Positions 1 through 14,800 of a stretch of 64,000 bases of DNA are shown here, one piece after another. This DNA is from Syncephalis fuscata S228 (Eukaryota > Fungi > Zoopagomycota): positions 830,191-894,190 of the forward strand of contig JAHLTZ010000005.1 of assembly GCA_025786725.1 (NCBI GenBank), read 5' to 3'. Under the pieces are notes generated by a model that ran no database searches, was not told where the DNA came from, and saw only the letters and a list, made by a program, of their open reading frames with translations. Each line of letters opens with the position of its first letter. Position 1 is the first letter of the stretch. The position numbers were made by a program, and so were the translations under genes.

Positions 1-256
1 CCGATAATTGCTTCAACTTCATATACACCTTCTTCCAAGTTTTCTTCCTTTACTAAACCATCTTCAATCTTGGCTTTGGTATCTTCATGTTTAATTTTAA
101 TATCTTCATCTTCAAGGTCAATAATCTCATTATAAGCCTTTTTGCTCCCTTATTTACATGATGGTTAGTTTATATCTAACCGTTTAATAGACTTACCTGT
201 AGCGGTGCCTGTTTTTTACGAGAATGAGACAAGCCGATTCCCGATTCCAATTCCAT
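1..256 (-). CDS. Chromodomain-containing protein, 5' part (runs off window start)
   Basis: Minus-strand exon 1-~149 reads ...EIIDLEDEDIKIKHEDTKAKIEDGLVKEENLEEGVYEVEAIIG. An acidic stretch followed by YEVEAI is a typical chromodomain start. GT-AG intron ~150-197. Candidate ATG at 256 needs one indel in an A-run. Confidence 0.5.
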
Positions 257-691
257 TGAGTCTAGTTCTTACGTCTGTATCTTGCTAATGTCCCGGTGAT
301 AGCAGGGTAGAAGCAGTCCAATGACTTAAAGACAAACCTTTAGACTGGGCACTAGTATAGTGTTGCAACAAATCTCAATTTACTGTCAAGTGTTGTTTAA
401 ATGCCAGTGTAGTGAAATAATTGGTCGTCAATATTGACTGCTATACAAATAGTTGTAAATATTTACAACCAATAATATAATACTAACAGATATTATTATT
501 ATAATAACACTACTGATAAGTGGATTCAGAGGTAATATCGAGTATTTGTATCAAAGGCCAATTGTATAATAAATAAACAGGAAATGGAATTTGTATGTCA
601 ATGTTGAACAAAATAGATCGAATTAATAGTTAATTAATCATTGAATTTAAACTGTAGATTTATATAAACACAATATTTTCTTTTTTTTATC

Positions 692-3417
692 ATGTTGCTT
701 AAACAATGGAAAGATGAAGTGACAGCAGCTGGGCAAGCTGGCCATGAACAAGAGCTTGCTATGCTATGGCTAGACAATAATGAGGTACTTGTCTTTATGA
801 ATGCGGCAATTGAAGCTTATTGACACTTGCTTGTGTATCTATAGATATTGACGGTGCAAGGACAAGTGCGCTAATTCCTTGGTATGGCGCACTATCCTGT
901 GCTGGTCATACGCTATGTCCTAATACAGAATGGCAACGGGCTGTAGAAGCAAGTAGAACGAATAAAAATATTACTGACTATAATGAAAAGGCCATGATTA
1001 CATGGCTACGCGTCTATCCGTGCTATTCAGCCTCCACACATGCCCTTCTTACGTTGAGACAGCAAACACTTACTAAATCATCATCGAGACCGTTTATGTG
1101 CCGATGACCGTAACAGCTCAAGATAGTACAGATGGAGAGCTGCAACATCAGCAGCTGCAACTACAACGGCAGCAATCATTATTAGCGCAAGGTTGGTCGC
1201 TTTGGCGATCACTTTGCTCTGATATCGATACTGCAAAGCACAAAGAAGGGCTGCCGTTTTATTACTATCAATTCGCTGGACAGGTATAGAATCAATTGAA
1301 CAAATGCCTGGATTAGGATTCCAAGGTATTTTCACAGGACATGGAAGATACGGCGCAACAAAAAACGATAATAAAGAGCTAAAGCTGTCAAAGACTAGTT
1401 CTAATTCTAAAAAGCAACAACAATCCTCAACAGAGATATTGTCATCGGCTGAAGAAAGCAATACAGAGGATAAACAGCGTAGTGCAAACAAAGAAGCGGA
1501 AGAGGAGGAGGAGGAAGAAGAGAGCCGTGGACAACGACCTACAAAAAAAGCTCGTCACAATTATATAGATCAAACAAATAATACATCAGCCATTGCATGG
1601 CGACAAGTACTTTGTGATGGTTTTTATAAAGTAAATGTCAAAGATGATTATTTATTTAGTTATTTATAATATTACTAGATTCTAGATACAGACATTATTG
1701 GAGCAGTTCCTTTAACTATTCCTTGGACCTGGCAACAAATGGCCGAATCTTTAACAGTTCAGTCAAGTACGTTAAATGAATATTATAAATGTTATAAACA
1801 GCAATAATTATTAAATTATTTATATCCTAGATGAATCATTACAAACACCGCCTATTATTCTTATTACAGGAGCAAAGAATATGGGTAAATCGACATTTAG
1901 TCGTTATTTAGTAAATATGCTATTGAATAGGTAAATTAATTGACAATTAATACCAAACATTAATATATTTCTTGTAATTAACTTTTACACATTACTGTAT
2001 AGTTATCCAGAAATCGCCTATCTTGATGGCGATCTTGGTCAGCCTGAATTTACACCATCAGGATTTGTATCGCTCCATCGAATTACTGAGCCAATATTAG
2101 GTATATATACATATGTAGCTTATCTGTTTATTATAAATTGATTGGTTATTGGTATAGGTCCACCGTATACACATCTACGTATACCGTATCGATCGGCATT
2201 CTTAGGCCGTGTCTCGCCCAAAGATGATCCCGATGACTATATGGAAGCAATTAATTGTATGATTCAAGTTTATCGTAAAGAAATTGCTCAACATGCCGTG
2301 GGTGCTGATGGATGGGCACGCGAACAAGGTATTCCCCTCGTAGTTAATACACATGGCTGGATTAAAGGTAATTATTATAAAAATGTTACAATGTTATTAC
2401 TAATACTAATACTTATATAATTATTATACTCATTATTAGGCATGGGATTAGATTTATTAATACAACAGTTTAATCTATTACAACCTACACATGCTGGTCA
2501 TTTATCGCCTGATATGCGTTTTCCTATATCACTACCCTCTGATATAAATACACAGATTATTCATTTGGATACAGCTGAGACTGCCGTAATGAATATGACT
2601 ACAACACGTACACCGAATCTATCTCGTAAATTGCGTCGATTCCATGCTGCAGATTTACGAACTGCTCATTGGTATCGCAGCTTTATGCCACTTCGATTTC
2701 TAGACAGTATTATTTTAAACGTACTTTATGGACACGTGAGCCATTATGGGCATTTGATACACCATTAACGACCCGTCCTCCTTGGTCGGTACCGTGGTCA
2801 TCCGTTGAAATACGTCTATTGGCCATCGATAATCCTGTACCTATGAGCGAAGTATTATGGGCATTAAACGGTACATTAGTAGCATTAATGACGCCTGTTA
2901 ATGATGAAACAAGATCAATAGCAACTCATACAACTGAATACACACCGGAACAAGACTCAGCGACAACAACAGCGACTTTTGAGCCTGAAGGATCATCGCA
3001 ATTCATTGTAAGTTATACTTTTATTTTAATAGACATGCTTACTTATTTTTACGATTTTTACGATAGAATTATAATCCAGAACTAGGTATTGTTTCGCCAT
3101 ATCGTTATACATGCTTGGGACTGGGTCTGGTGCGAGCAATTGATCCAGAACGGCGCAAATACTATTTATTAGCGCCATATACCCATAAGCAATTAAGCAA
3201 AGTACAGTTGCTAGTACGAGGTGCGATTGAATTGCCCATCTGCTGCACTATTGATGGTGGAGCACGCCGTACTGTTTTATCCGATGTAGCTGATCGAAAT
3301 GGTATTACCGTGCCTTATGTGAAATTTGGCACGCCTGAAGGCGCCGGTGCAGTAGCGTGGCGTGTTAGACGTAATATACTACGTAAACGACACGATACAC
3401 CAGTTAAACCAAAATAA
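692..3417 (+). CDS. GRC3: Polynucleotide 5'-hydroxyl-kinase Grc3/NOL9 (Clp1 family), multi-exon
   Basis: Walker A ITGAKNMGKSTFSRYLVN (~1860-1930), YLDGDLGQPEFTPSG, PLVVNTHGWIKG, and C-terminal GLGLVRAIDPERRKYYLL...LLVRGAIELP. About 7 GT-AG introns. Apparent 1-bp frameshifts near 1095, 1248 and 2669. Confidence 0.9.
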
Positions 3418-3430
3418 ATTCATTTATTCA

Positions 3431-4896
3431 TTATACAGTAGTAGCAGGGAAAGATGGCGATGGCGGAGATGACGACGATAAACGGTCAGTCTCTTTTGAT
3501 TCTTGTGTTGTACAGCCAGCTATACGAAGGGCACGGTCTAGATCTTCTAGTAAATCGTCCCCATCTTCAATGCCTACACATAGACGAATAACATCCTCGG
3601 GTAATTGACGTGCCTGACGTACTTCGGCCGGAATACTGGCATGCGACATACGGCATGGCATACTAGAATGTCAATCATATTAGTATTTGATTTGATTGTA
3701 TATATTATATACTATTGACCTAATTAATGAGTTAACACAGCCGAAACTAACGCTAATACCCCAAAGTCGAGCCGATTCAACAATACGCTCACTAAGTAAT
3801 GGATCACCGGTCTCAAAACTTAGTACAGCGCCAGGCCCATCGGATAAACGACGATGCAGTTCATACTGTGGATGCGAGGCTAGACCCGGGTAATGAACAC
3901 GGAATCCACGCTGTTCCAGAAATAGTGCAACACGTTCGGCATTGTGTTGTTGACGTTCCATTCTAACTGCAAGTGTTTTTATACCTCGAAGTAGAAGCCA
4001 GCAATCAAATGGACCAAGACCACAGCCAGCTGCATTAATTACAAATGCTACTCGCTCGGCCAAAGCCGCACTACGTACACCGATGACACCTGCCATCAAA
4101 TCGTGATGACCCGATAAATACTTGGTACCACTGTGATATTCAATATCTGCACCAAGATTAAGGGTGCGTTGTAGAAATGGCGACATCATCGTATTATCAA
4201 CGACAACAATGGCATCTGGACAGCGTTCATGCACAAGTGTGGCTATTTTCTGTATATCTGCAATACGAATCATCGGATTGGTAGGTGTTTCGAGCAATAC
4301 CATACTGACAGGTCCTGCTTCTAGCTGTGCCTTGACTGCCTCCACACTTGTCGTGTCAACATGATGCGTTTCAATACCGGCGTGTTGACGTAAAAATCCC
4401 AACAGTCGATTTGTGCCACCGTATAGATCATCGCCAGCAATGACATGATCTCCTGCTCGTGCCAGTCGCATAATCACGTCAAGCGCACTCATACCACTAG
4501 TGACGGCAAAGGCTCGGCTGGCCCCCATAATCTTTGCAACGTGGTTTTCTAAATGTTATAATATCAATTAGCCGGTCTAAGCATTAATAAAAAGTTGGTT
4601 TAATATAACTGTCAATATTTACCAAGATGAGTTCGCGTTGGATTGCCCGAGCGTGAATAATCGTATTCACCACACTGAGTGGCCGACGTTTGCTTAAACG
4701 TTGCCGTTTGGTAGATAGGCACAGAAGCCGCGCGGTAAGGGTCCTTTACGCTATTGCCCGACTCGTCATAGCTATCGACACTTACAAGTTCAGTAGCTAG
4801 GCGATAGCGACGTCGCTGTCCAAGTTCCGCTGAGCTTGCGGTGCCATCAGTAGTTAGCGACGAGACAGATTCCACTACACTTATAGCATCCGTCAT
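3431..4896 (-). CDS. STR3: Cystathionine beta-lyase (Cys/Met metabolism PLP enzyme), 3 exons
   Basis: PIYQTATFKQ, YDYSRSGNPTR, SGMSA, ETPTNP, VVDNT, PLP-lysine motif SGTKYLSGHHD, ISVSFGCVNSLI/SMPCRMSHASIP and IRLCVGIED. Confidence 0.92.
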
Positions 4897-5054
4897 TGAA
4901 AATAGAGTAAAAGACAGAGCTCAGCAATAGAGAGTAGCGACAAGAGCAGTAGAGAGTAGCAGCGATGGCTTAAGGGAAAGATAAAGGCGTAGTGATTGTA
5001 GAGTGACAACGATATTTGCCGCGGTTATTTAAATGTAATAAAATCTTTCAATTG

Positions 5055-5085
5055 CGTGATTGGTAAAACGCTACATTGATTGGTG
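5055..5085 (-). promoter_or_regulatory. Two CCAAT boxes upstream of the cystathionine beta-lyase gene
   Basis: GATTGGT occurs twice (~5058 and ~5078), reading ACCAATC on the coding strand, 160-190 bp upstream of the ATG. Confidence 0.4.
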
Positions 5086-5252
5086 GATTAAATAAGCCGT
5101 CCTAGATCTACCTGCCCAGACAGCGATGGTGTTATTTGATTATTTTATTTATCTGGTATGGCTGTTTTTTGGGCTTTTATTAAATTGATAGGGGGGAAAT
5201 TTGCATATTTTATTATCGAATAAAGTAACATAAAAATGGTTTATTTATAATC

Positions 5253-7248
5253 TCATTGTGTAAAGGAAGCAAGTGATGGTAGAGGAGAAAAGTGCATGGG
5301 CAGCGCTTTAGGAATAGTAATTTCACCCGATCTAAGGTGTAGTTGATCTTGGTGTTCACTATCCTTGGGCAATTGCCAGGAGTAGGCACGTAGAATCATT
5401 GAAAGGGCAACGCGTTGTTCGGCAAGTGCCATATTCATAGCAATACCTATTTGTATCGATTATCAGTATTGTTGGTATTGGATCTACAAATAATGGCTAT
5501 TACTTACAGCTACGCTCCCCGCCGAGGAATGGGGCCCAAGTGTTGGGAAGGGGTGCTTTCTTTGCATCTAAAAAGCGCTCTGGATCAAACTTTTCGGCAT
5601 CGTTCCAGTAGCGTTCACTATGATGGATCGAGTAGATATCGATTGTGCAGAATGTGCCTCGTGGTAAAACAATACCATCGCCAACATCGATGTCTTCGGT
5701 AACCATACGTGTGGGTACCTGTGGCACTGGTGGCACCAGTCGTAATGATTCTTTTATAATGGCATTCAAATAAACAAGTTCCCTTTGTTGTTCGGCGGTT
5801 GGATGCACACTTAAATCAGATCCTAAAACTTTAGTTGCTTCGTCGCGAGCTCGCTCTTGCATCTCCTATGTAGTGGATGAATAAGCAATGGCTACTAAAG
5901 CGTAATTAAAAACTTACAGGATATTTGCCCAAAAAGTACATAATTGCTGTAATTGCTGTCGAGGTAGTGTCATGACCGGCAAAAAAGAAAGCACACGTGT
6001 TATCCTATAATTAGATTTGTATATCAGTATTACTGGCTATTAGTATGAGTGAACACCAATAATAATAATAGTACTAATACCCGTAGTTCCTGGTCAGTAA
6101 GTGGATCATCCTCTTGTTCCGAAGCCAGTATCATTAAACTAAGCAAATCCATTGTCTTTTTGTCAATATCATCTTCGGCCATAGATTGCTGTATTACAGC
6201 GCGTTTCTCAGCAATAAGCTTGAAAAACAATTGGTTTAATTGATTAAACGATTCCCAACAGCGTTTACGAATAGGATTCCAGGGTCGATCGAGAGCTGGC
6301 ATGGTGGCTGGAATAAATGAAAGCAAGAAGATAGAATATTTTCTTGTAGTTTTGGATACGGAGCATCTTCATCGGCAACCGCCTATATATTAGTCGATTT
6401 TAATAAATTATAAATAGCTGTTTAATAAATACTTGCATTAAAATTATAGCCAAATATTGTATTTCCAAGAATATCCATAATAAGTCTAATCGTTACTAAT
6501 AAGTACTCATTTTATTAAGCCATATATAACAGCTTACCGTTTGGCCCAGTCAGTCACATCGATGGGCTTGTCATCGATTGTTTTCCACTTGGCGAGCATT
6601 TCGCGCGTACAATCGGCAAATATATTCATTGGCAATGGCCGGCGAAGAGCAGGCAAACATATACGTTGTATACGCTTCCATTCCTGATGTTGCAATGTTT
6701 AAATGCATATCACACTAATAATGTATAAATAAAACTAAACCTACCTCGCCATTTATTACAACAATATTTGTGCCAAAATAATTATCCATAAGTGATCCAG
6801 GTAAATAGGCAGATGTTGAGATTTTTTGAAATACATCTAGTGCTTTGTTGGTATGGTTGTGAATATAACATGTCAGTAACTATACCTGGCCGACTAAAGA
6901 AAAGACGTGCACGCTCTGCTGTAGCCAAATAAACAATCCAAATAGGACCTGTCCGAACCTGGTCACAATTAACATAACGAGCATCAATAAAGCAGTATTA
7001 CTTACCTGTGCAATACCGGCACTATCAACAAGAGGCTTCAAATGCTTTGAGTATAGATACTCGTGACCTTCATTGCGTAATAATGAGAGCCATCGTTTGA
7101 TGATGGATGTTCGAGGGATGTTCTTCTGCGACGGTGGCGGACTTGTTGATTGATATAAATAACGAAAAGCTAATACTGATACTACTGCTGTAATCGAAAG
7201 AGCTAGATTTTCTTCAACAAACCGCTGCAACATATTCAAATTTGGCAT
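5253..7248 (-). CDS. Cytochrome P450, multi-exon
   Basis: N-terminal TM anchor (LALSITAVVSVLAFRYLY), I-helix FFFAGHDTTS, K-helix KESLRL (ExxR), FDPERF, and heme motif PFLGGERSC-IGMN split by an intron. About 8 introns, one apparent indel near 6330. Confidence 0.93.
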
Positions 7249-7778
7249 ATTAACCTTAGAAATTAAGGATTTTTTGTGAAAAACAAAACCAAATAGTTGC
7301 GAAAGAAATACGCAAACAGAAAGAGGCGGCGTTGCGCTAGACAACGAACAGAAGACTGTTAGTATAGAAATAGCTAAAGACAGTTACACGTGTAACAAAT
7401 AACCGGAATGATTTGTACAACATAAAGATGAATGTTTTATAGTCTATAAACATTAATGCATTGTTTACTGCACATTTACGATATTTAACCATTTAAAAAT
7501 GCAATTTAATAGAAATAGAGCCGACTTGAATATGAAAAGTTATAATTTACTCTAATTCGCTATAATCTATTGTTTAATAAAAAGTAATAGCTAAACTTGA
7601 TTACATCTAATAGAATTAATCTACCAACATTAATCCATAAAACCAATGTTGGTCATGATAAATTAAGCATGCTTAGAAAATAATTCAAATATAGAAACCG
7701 GAGACAATAAATTTTTTAAAAGTAATAAATATATAAAATGTTGTATTATTAAATATACGGATTAGAATTAAAGTGCCA

Positions 7779-10700
7779 TTATTGCTTGTTTAAACTGGCC
7801 ACCAACTCCAAAACTGACGTTCGTGGTGGTAATTGTGTTGCCGGCTTTTTGGTTGGAATGTCTTGTTCCCTAGGTATAGGAGAATTCTTAATGGCTCTAG
7901 GCAAGATTGGCCACCATTCTGGTACACGCTGTGCCACAGGAGGCTGTTCAAAACACGGCGATGGTTTAGCTGTAACTTTCTTTATCGGTTTGCCCTCAAA
8001 ACGCAAAATCATATCGGACACTGGCTTTCCATGAATTGGCGTAGCTAATTTATGGTTTGATATGTGCTCTGTTCTCTCATTATTTCTGCTATTTGTTGTT
8101 TCTAAATCCATTAATACTTGTTTGACTTGAAGCGGCTTTGGAGGGATTGGCGCTTCAATCTTTTCACATTTTGGCGGATTCCACGGAATCTGTGTGGCTA
8201 GTACTCGTAAGAGAGGGTGCTTTTTTGTCTTGCATTTTGTTGTCTGGATTTGCGGCTGACCATAGTTGAGCAAGGCGCTGTACGTTACCCCGCGTAAGTA
8301 AAGTAGCTTCCTTTTCACTCGGAGCGTCTGAAGAGCATTGTGATGTTGCTGGTGTTAAAGGAGGATCAGAGGTATCGCTGTCGTTTTCTGTAAATGTAAG
8401 CGACAGCGCTTCTGATGCAGAAGAACTGCTTGTGGTAGATGGCGATATATTCTGCTTATTCTGCTTAGACGAAGCAGCTTCAAAGTCTAGTGCTGTTTGC
8501 TTAAATACTTCTACTTTATCTAAGACTGGCGATGTGGTTTCTGATAAATTCTCTTGGCTAACAGACTTGGTATTGTTAATAAACGGTTTTTCTGCTTGAT
8601 CATTGCAAGTCTGCTCAACATCTTGCGCACTCTCTGTTGAAGTGTCAGCTTCAAATAGTTCTAAGCTTGCACTTGTGTCACTTTTGGATGCTGATGCGTG
8701 TTTTTTACGACCATCAGGCTGATTATTGTTACTGTTTTCTTCAACCACACATTGTGCTAAAGACTCGGCTAAATGTGTGCTGCTAAATTGAACAATAATT
8801 ACGGGTGCAGGCCAATCATCCATAATTAAGGTATTTTGATGTTCGTAAATACGCATGTCAGGCTTAACGTACATTTGATGAATCATAGCTGTGCAGGCAG
8901 TGACAACATCCACGCTGACTGTCATGTAGGCTGGCACAAGCTTTATATTAAGGAATGACTGACGACGTTCTGGCCAGCTACAAACTAGTTGCTTCTCTTG
9001 TGCTACGTAGTTCCAAATGACTTGCACCTTTCCTAGTCCTAGACACTGCCATTGATTGCTGCCTGTAACGGCATAAACCTTTGCTAATTGTTCAAAAAGT
9101 ACCGGCTTATTTAAAGATTCTTGTTTGTTTTTGACTAACATGGAAAACAGCTTTTTCAATTGTTCTTCTTTATGCGTTCTACTAAGCTTGACTGCGCCAA
9201 CTAGATTGTTCTCTGACTTCATAGATGTTATCGGGGCCGTCATTGCTTTTTTAGCGTGCTTGATACATGCGCGTATGTTTTTCCATGCCAAATGAATATT
9301 CTTTTCAGAACCACGAAAGCCTAGTATCCATTTAGACGAGTGTTCCAATATTGTAACACGTAAAGTTCGTTTTGATAATAAATCTACAGTTGTATTAAAA
9401 TCTAGCATATCGGCAGAAATAATTGTACGCCGTGTGATAGCATGTCGAATAGAAAATACCAAACGATCATTGCCGCAATTCACAAATGCAAATACGCATG
9501 AACCTATGTAATGCCATCCATCGGTGGTCATTATACAAGCTTGCATTTCATTTGTTTCTGGTGATGGTACAGTATTTAGTGTATAATTTACCGGTGTCGA
9601 CTGCTGTTTTGCCATTAATTGCCGTAACTGTTCCTTATGAATAATATTGTATAAAGTTTGAGCAAACTTCACTCGAATCATTTCGAACCGATAAGAATTG
9701 CCTAGTGTTATTTGAGAACCGTTTTGCCGTACCTCCATGCTAGGCACTAACCATTGCCAGAAAAATAGTGCTGGTGCTTGTGAAACTGTGTTTGATGATT
9801 GGGTGTGTTTTGGAGGACGTACAAATGCCACAATTAGTGGCTGTTTTTGTTTGCCAGATGTACGGCGAAGCTCGATCACTACGCGCGAACATGAAAGATG
9901 ATCAGTTTGTGTTGGCCAAAAAGTCGAGCACATTTGTAGACTAATATTCCTCACACGACACATAAGTTCACTTCCCTCCAATGGTGGAGGCGATGAACTT
10001 TTTGGCGCGGTTGAAACAGTTGGCATATGGTTTTTAGTAACAAAGTCTATAATTATTTATAAATAATGCTGTTATTTAATTTATTATGCAATTTACCAGT
10101 TTCTAAACTGCGAATCTCATTAAATTTACTAAGCCATGCATTTCTTTTAGCTTCAGAACTGGTTTGTAAAATAATTGGTTCATTTTGGTCGACTGTTAAC
10201 TCAAACGACCATGAAAGTTCTAGATTATTTAAATCAGTATCAATATCACTTGTTTACCATATAATTACCTTTTTGTGTACTCAAATGTATTGCGGCTGCA
10301 GATACCTTGGTAACGGGAACTGGCGGTATAAATAAACAAAGATCTTTGTTTGGATATACCGTAGATGGCTTGCAAACAACAATAACATCATTAAATAGCA
10401 ATATAACAAATAATTCTTGCGTTTCGACTTGTAGTATTTTTGAATAATCGCCAGAGTCTGGCATTTCAAAACCATGAAATTTGATTTTGCTGATTAAACG
10501 ACGTGATTCAAACGTATTTTCAGTAACGATGGGTTCGATCAGATTCTAAATAATGTTATATTTACTGTTTTTAGTTATACTGTTTTGTTAAATAAAGTTA
10601 ATTTACCTTATGGTCATTTGCTGATACGACAATACGATCCTGAATCGTTATTAGCTTTTTGTACTCTTCTATAAGCTGATCCGTTCTGTAGAGAATATCA

Positions 10701-11451
10701 GCAATGCTGCTAAAACGTGCCACGGCCTCTGAAAATTGAGTGCTCAATAGCTCGTGTTTGGCCACTGAAGTTTCCGTGAATGCCTATATTTATATTAGCA
10801 AAATACTGCCTGTAAATAATCCATTTATTATAAATTACTTACTGTTAAAAAGCTTTTATAAGCAATTACACGATTAATAGGTGCCCGTATTAGTACATCT
10901 ATATCGCACAAGCGTCATTTTGCATTCCACGCTGTTGCTTTGTCGCTGGTATGATTGCTAAATCGCTATCACTATTTTTTACGTAAAGATCAATACAATA
11001 TTGTAGTTTGACCATATTTGCCACATATTCCGAATAAGCCAAATCCGAAACAATCATCTAGTTATAGTTAGCACATACTACATTAGCTAATTAGCATAAT
11101 TTACCCAATGAAAAATATGGCCGACTATTTGCGTAATACGCTGTGGATTAATATTTTTGGTAACCTATTTGGTTTTAATATTTGTAATGTTGCCTGTTAG
11201 TCTATTCAATGCTTACTTGTATTATCTGGGCACTGCATTGCCGAATAGCATCTAAATGCTGATATAGCGAATGAGGCGGACACCATATTGCCTCTTGGTG
11301 TAACTGTTGCAGAAACTATGGCCAGTTTAAGCCATTTGTTCACAATTAAGCCAAGTGCTCAGCTTACCTTTTCTATCGCTGATAGCTTTTGTAGAAACTC
11401 TCTTTCATCGACCGCCAACTCTTTTATCAATTCCAGCGTATAGCTTAACAT
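7779..11451 (-). CDS. Divergent Dbl-homology (RhoGEF)-PH protein with further PH/EVH1-like modules and a low-complexity tail
   Basis: N-terminal IKELAVDEREFLQKL (DH CR1-like), AYSEYVAN, LIRAPINRVIAYKSFL (CR3-like) and PH signature ILLFNDVIVVCK. Long exon ~8164-10047. The 7779-8318 ORF continues after an apparent frameshift near 8165. Confidence 0.6.
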
Positions 11452-11870
11452 TATTAATTTATGAACAACACAAGATAATAGCACATTAACAAAAAAGTAG
11501 TTAACCCAGGATAAACAGATATAGTAATTATTATTAGTTTTTATAAGTAAACGAACATGCGTTCTAGTAACTAAGACATTATTCAATAAACATAAAACAA
11601 CGTAGATTGTTTACTATTGGTCAATAGATGTATTAAATGATCATCAACGTCACAGCATTTTGAAACAACAATAACTAATAATAGTAATAACAACAACAAT
11701 CATTATCATCATCATCACTATACGTCATTGTCCTGTCCACTGAGAATGTTCACACACTTAAACAACAACAACAACAACTGGAACCTCCCATCTTTTTATA
11801 GTCACACTACGCCAGACTATCTAATTTCTGTACATTCATTATACTAGTACGGTGTTTATCATCTGTCGCT

Positions 11871-14800
11871 ATGTTTCGTTACTTGGATAAAAGAGAGTTG
11901 TTTGGTCCGGGTGGCCATCCGATTCAGTTTAGTATGTCTAATAAGAGCGCCCTGTTATTGTTTGCCCAGCCTTACAATTTTTGTTATGACTATTAGTTAG
12001 TAACGTCTATTCGGCTGGCAGCCTTGTACGGAGACTTGAGAAAACCACTGAACTTATTGGCCATAGTGGCTGCGTCAATGCGCTTAGGCAAGTCGGTCGG
12101 CATTCTACCCGTTAGCACTGCGTTAATCTTACGTTTACTTAGTTGGTCGGAGACAGGACGACATCTTCTATCTGGCTCGGACGACGCTCAGCTATGTATA
12201 TGGGATGCCAGTGATTACTCACTGGTGTGCAAGATCGCCACTGGTAGGTAAATTGCTGTTGTTATGCCACCACTCACAATAAAATAGGTCATCGGGCAAA
12301 TATATTCAGTGCAAAGTTTATGCCGCAAACCAGCGACACGACAATTACTTGCTGTTCTGGTGACGGCGAGATTCGCGTATTTGATGTTCATTACAGTCGC
12401 TCACGCGCTATTAATGAAAAAGCGCGTATGCGACATGTATTTTCCTGTCATTCCAGTCGGACCAAGCGAATTGCCGTAGAAGATAATCCATGGTCGTTTT
12501 TATCTTGTGGCGAAGACGGTAATTAGCACACTATACATATACTAGCAATATACTGGCGTGTTATTAATATTGGTTTATAGGAACTGTACGTCAGTTTGAT
12601 CTGCGTTCTCCGCACAACTGCGAAGACAATACGTGTCCTTCTCCATTAGTGGATCTTGGATTGTATGGCATTGAATTGCACGGTTTAACGCTTAATCCAT
12701 TTCAGTCACAATATTTGGCCATTTGCGGAACAAGTCCTTTTGTATATCTTTATGATCGCCGTATGATTCGGGATGACGCAACTGGATGTGTGAGTCGATT
12801 TGTACCAAAATCCAATTTTGATCCAAGTGGCCATGTAACTGCTGTAAAATTTGGAACAGCTTCTAGACATGAGGTAACTAATAGGGAATAGTGGATGTAT
12901 TATCAGCTAACTAATTTACGCTACAAGTTACTTGGCACTTGGTCCGGCGATGCCATTTATCTATTCGATATATTTGGCGATAAGGACGAGAATACGTCTG
13001 AAGTAGCAACAAACCATAAAACCACTTACAATCCATCGCAAGAAGAGGTCAAATCTAATGGATCTTCAGAGAATTCGATGAATCAGAGTACTAATAGCTT
13101 TACAGCAACAAGATCTATTATGCTGGAAACACCTTCGCTAATTAGTGGTACAGGAGATAATACAAACACTACAGCACATACTAATAGCGAAAATATCGAT
13201 AACACAAGTGTGTTTGAAGATACAACGAGAGAAGACAATGCATCTAGAGAAAACGACGCATCAGACTCAGAACTTGAAAATGCATACCGTCATTCAGCAA
13301 ATAGTGGCGAATCTGCAAATGTTGCTACATCAACTGAATTACCCACTATAGCCGATGGAGTTGAAGCCTTTAAAAATAATGATTATAAGAATTGTATTAG
13401 TATTTTTACCCGACTTATTCGTCGTAAAGACTGGCAAATGATTCAAAATGCACGTGAAGGTGCTACATTTGATTGGGAATCAGTCAAATATAGAGACAAT
13501 ATACATTCGATCTACTACAGAATGCGCGCCATTGCCTATTTGCAACTATCAAAGACAGCTGCACTTAATTCAGAGTCACTACAAAACATGGATTTGGCAT
13601 TGCGGGATGCATCGCGCGCCACTAGTTTAAATGATGAAGAGCCACAAAACTGGTGGAGTCGTGCAGTCTGTCGATGGGCACTTGCTCAACATGAAACAAA
13701 TGAAGCGCGACGAAAACAAATACTAGCAGTTGCACTTGAACATGCAAATAAGGCTCGCAGTTTATTGAATGCTGACACTGAATTCATAGCCAATGATTTA
13801 AATGATTTTATTGATGAGATTAGTCAACAATCTACACGCGATACAAGTGAAGCTGATCATCTTGCGCCTAGTACTTCTCGTAAACGGCGTCGTTCAGAAA
13901 CTGAAATTGCACCACTGGCTACTGATACATCCAGTTCGGTACAAGGATCATCAAATGATACCACTATGGAAGTGAATCAAAAGATTGGATAGACCGTGTA
14001 TCGGTTATCTATCAAATGCCCGATCCTATGGCATTGAGCCGTATGGATCATATGCACGATTTATCAAAGTATAATAATACAGATTCCAGCGATATAAACG
14101 ATAATAGTAGTGAAGAAAATAACTATACGAGCGACAGCGATGAAAACCATATCAATGAAGATAGTAGCAATGAAGATCATAGCAGTGAAGATAGTGATCA
14201 CCAAATTCTTATTATTGGAGATAATCATGATGACGACACCAGCTTGTCATCGCAAAATGTGTTTGATTTAAGAGGTTTTATAAATGGAACCGGCTCATCA
14301 CCACAGGAGGATTCTAGTATGGCAGATATTTTCCACGCCAATGATTCGAGTGACGACGGCATTTATGGTGGAATAGGATCAGTGATTCTGATGATGACGA
14401 TGATGACGATTCTGATGATTCTGATGACGACAACGACGACTCTGATGATTATGAAAATGCAATACACGAGTCATCATTGGTTGGTCGTATTTTTAATCGG
14501 TCAGTGAGTCGTATTAATCGCTGTGAAAGCGATAGCCATGCCATCATGAAACATCCAGTTATAAAGGACATTGTAATGTTGATGCAAGTATTGTAGTCGT
14601 AATTTGTCAAAATATAGACTTATTTAATAATCAAATAGACGGTAAAAGATGTAAATTTTACGGCCCACGAGACGAGTACATTATTTCTGGAAGTGATGAT
14701 GGCAATTTGTTTATTTGGGAGAAGTCCACCGGAAAGCTTATTCAAATATTAGAAGGCGATGAAGAGGTTGTTAATGTGACTGAAGTAAGATGATAGTTAA

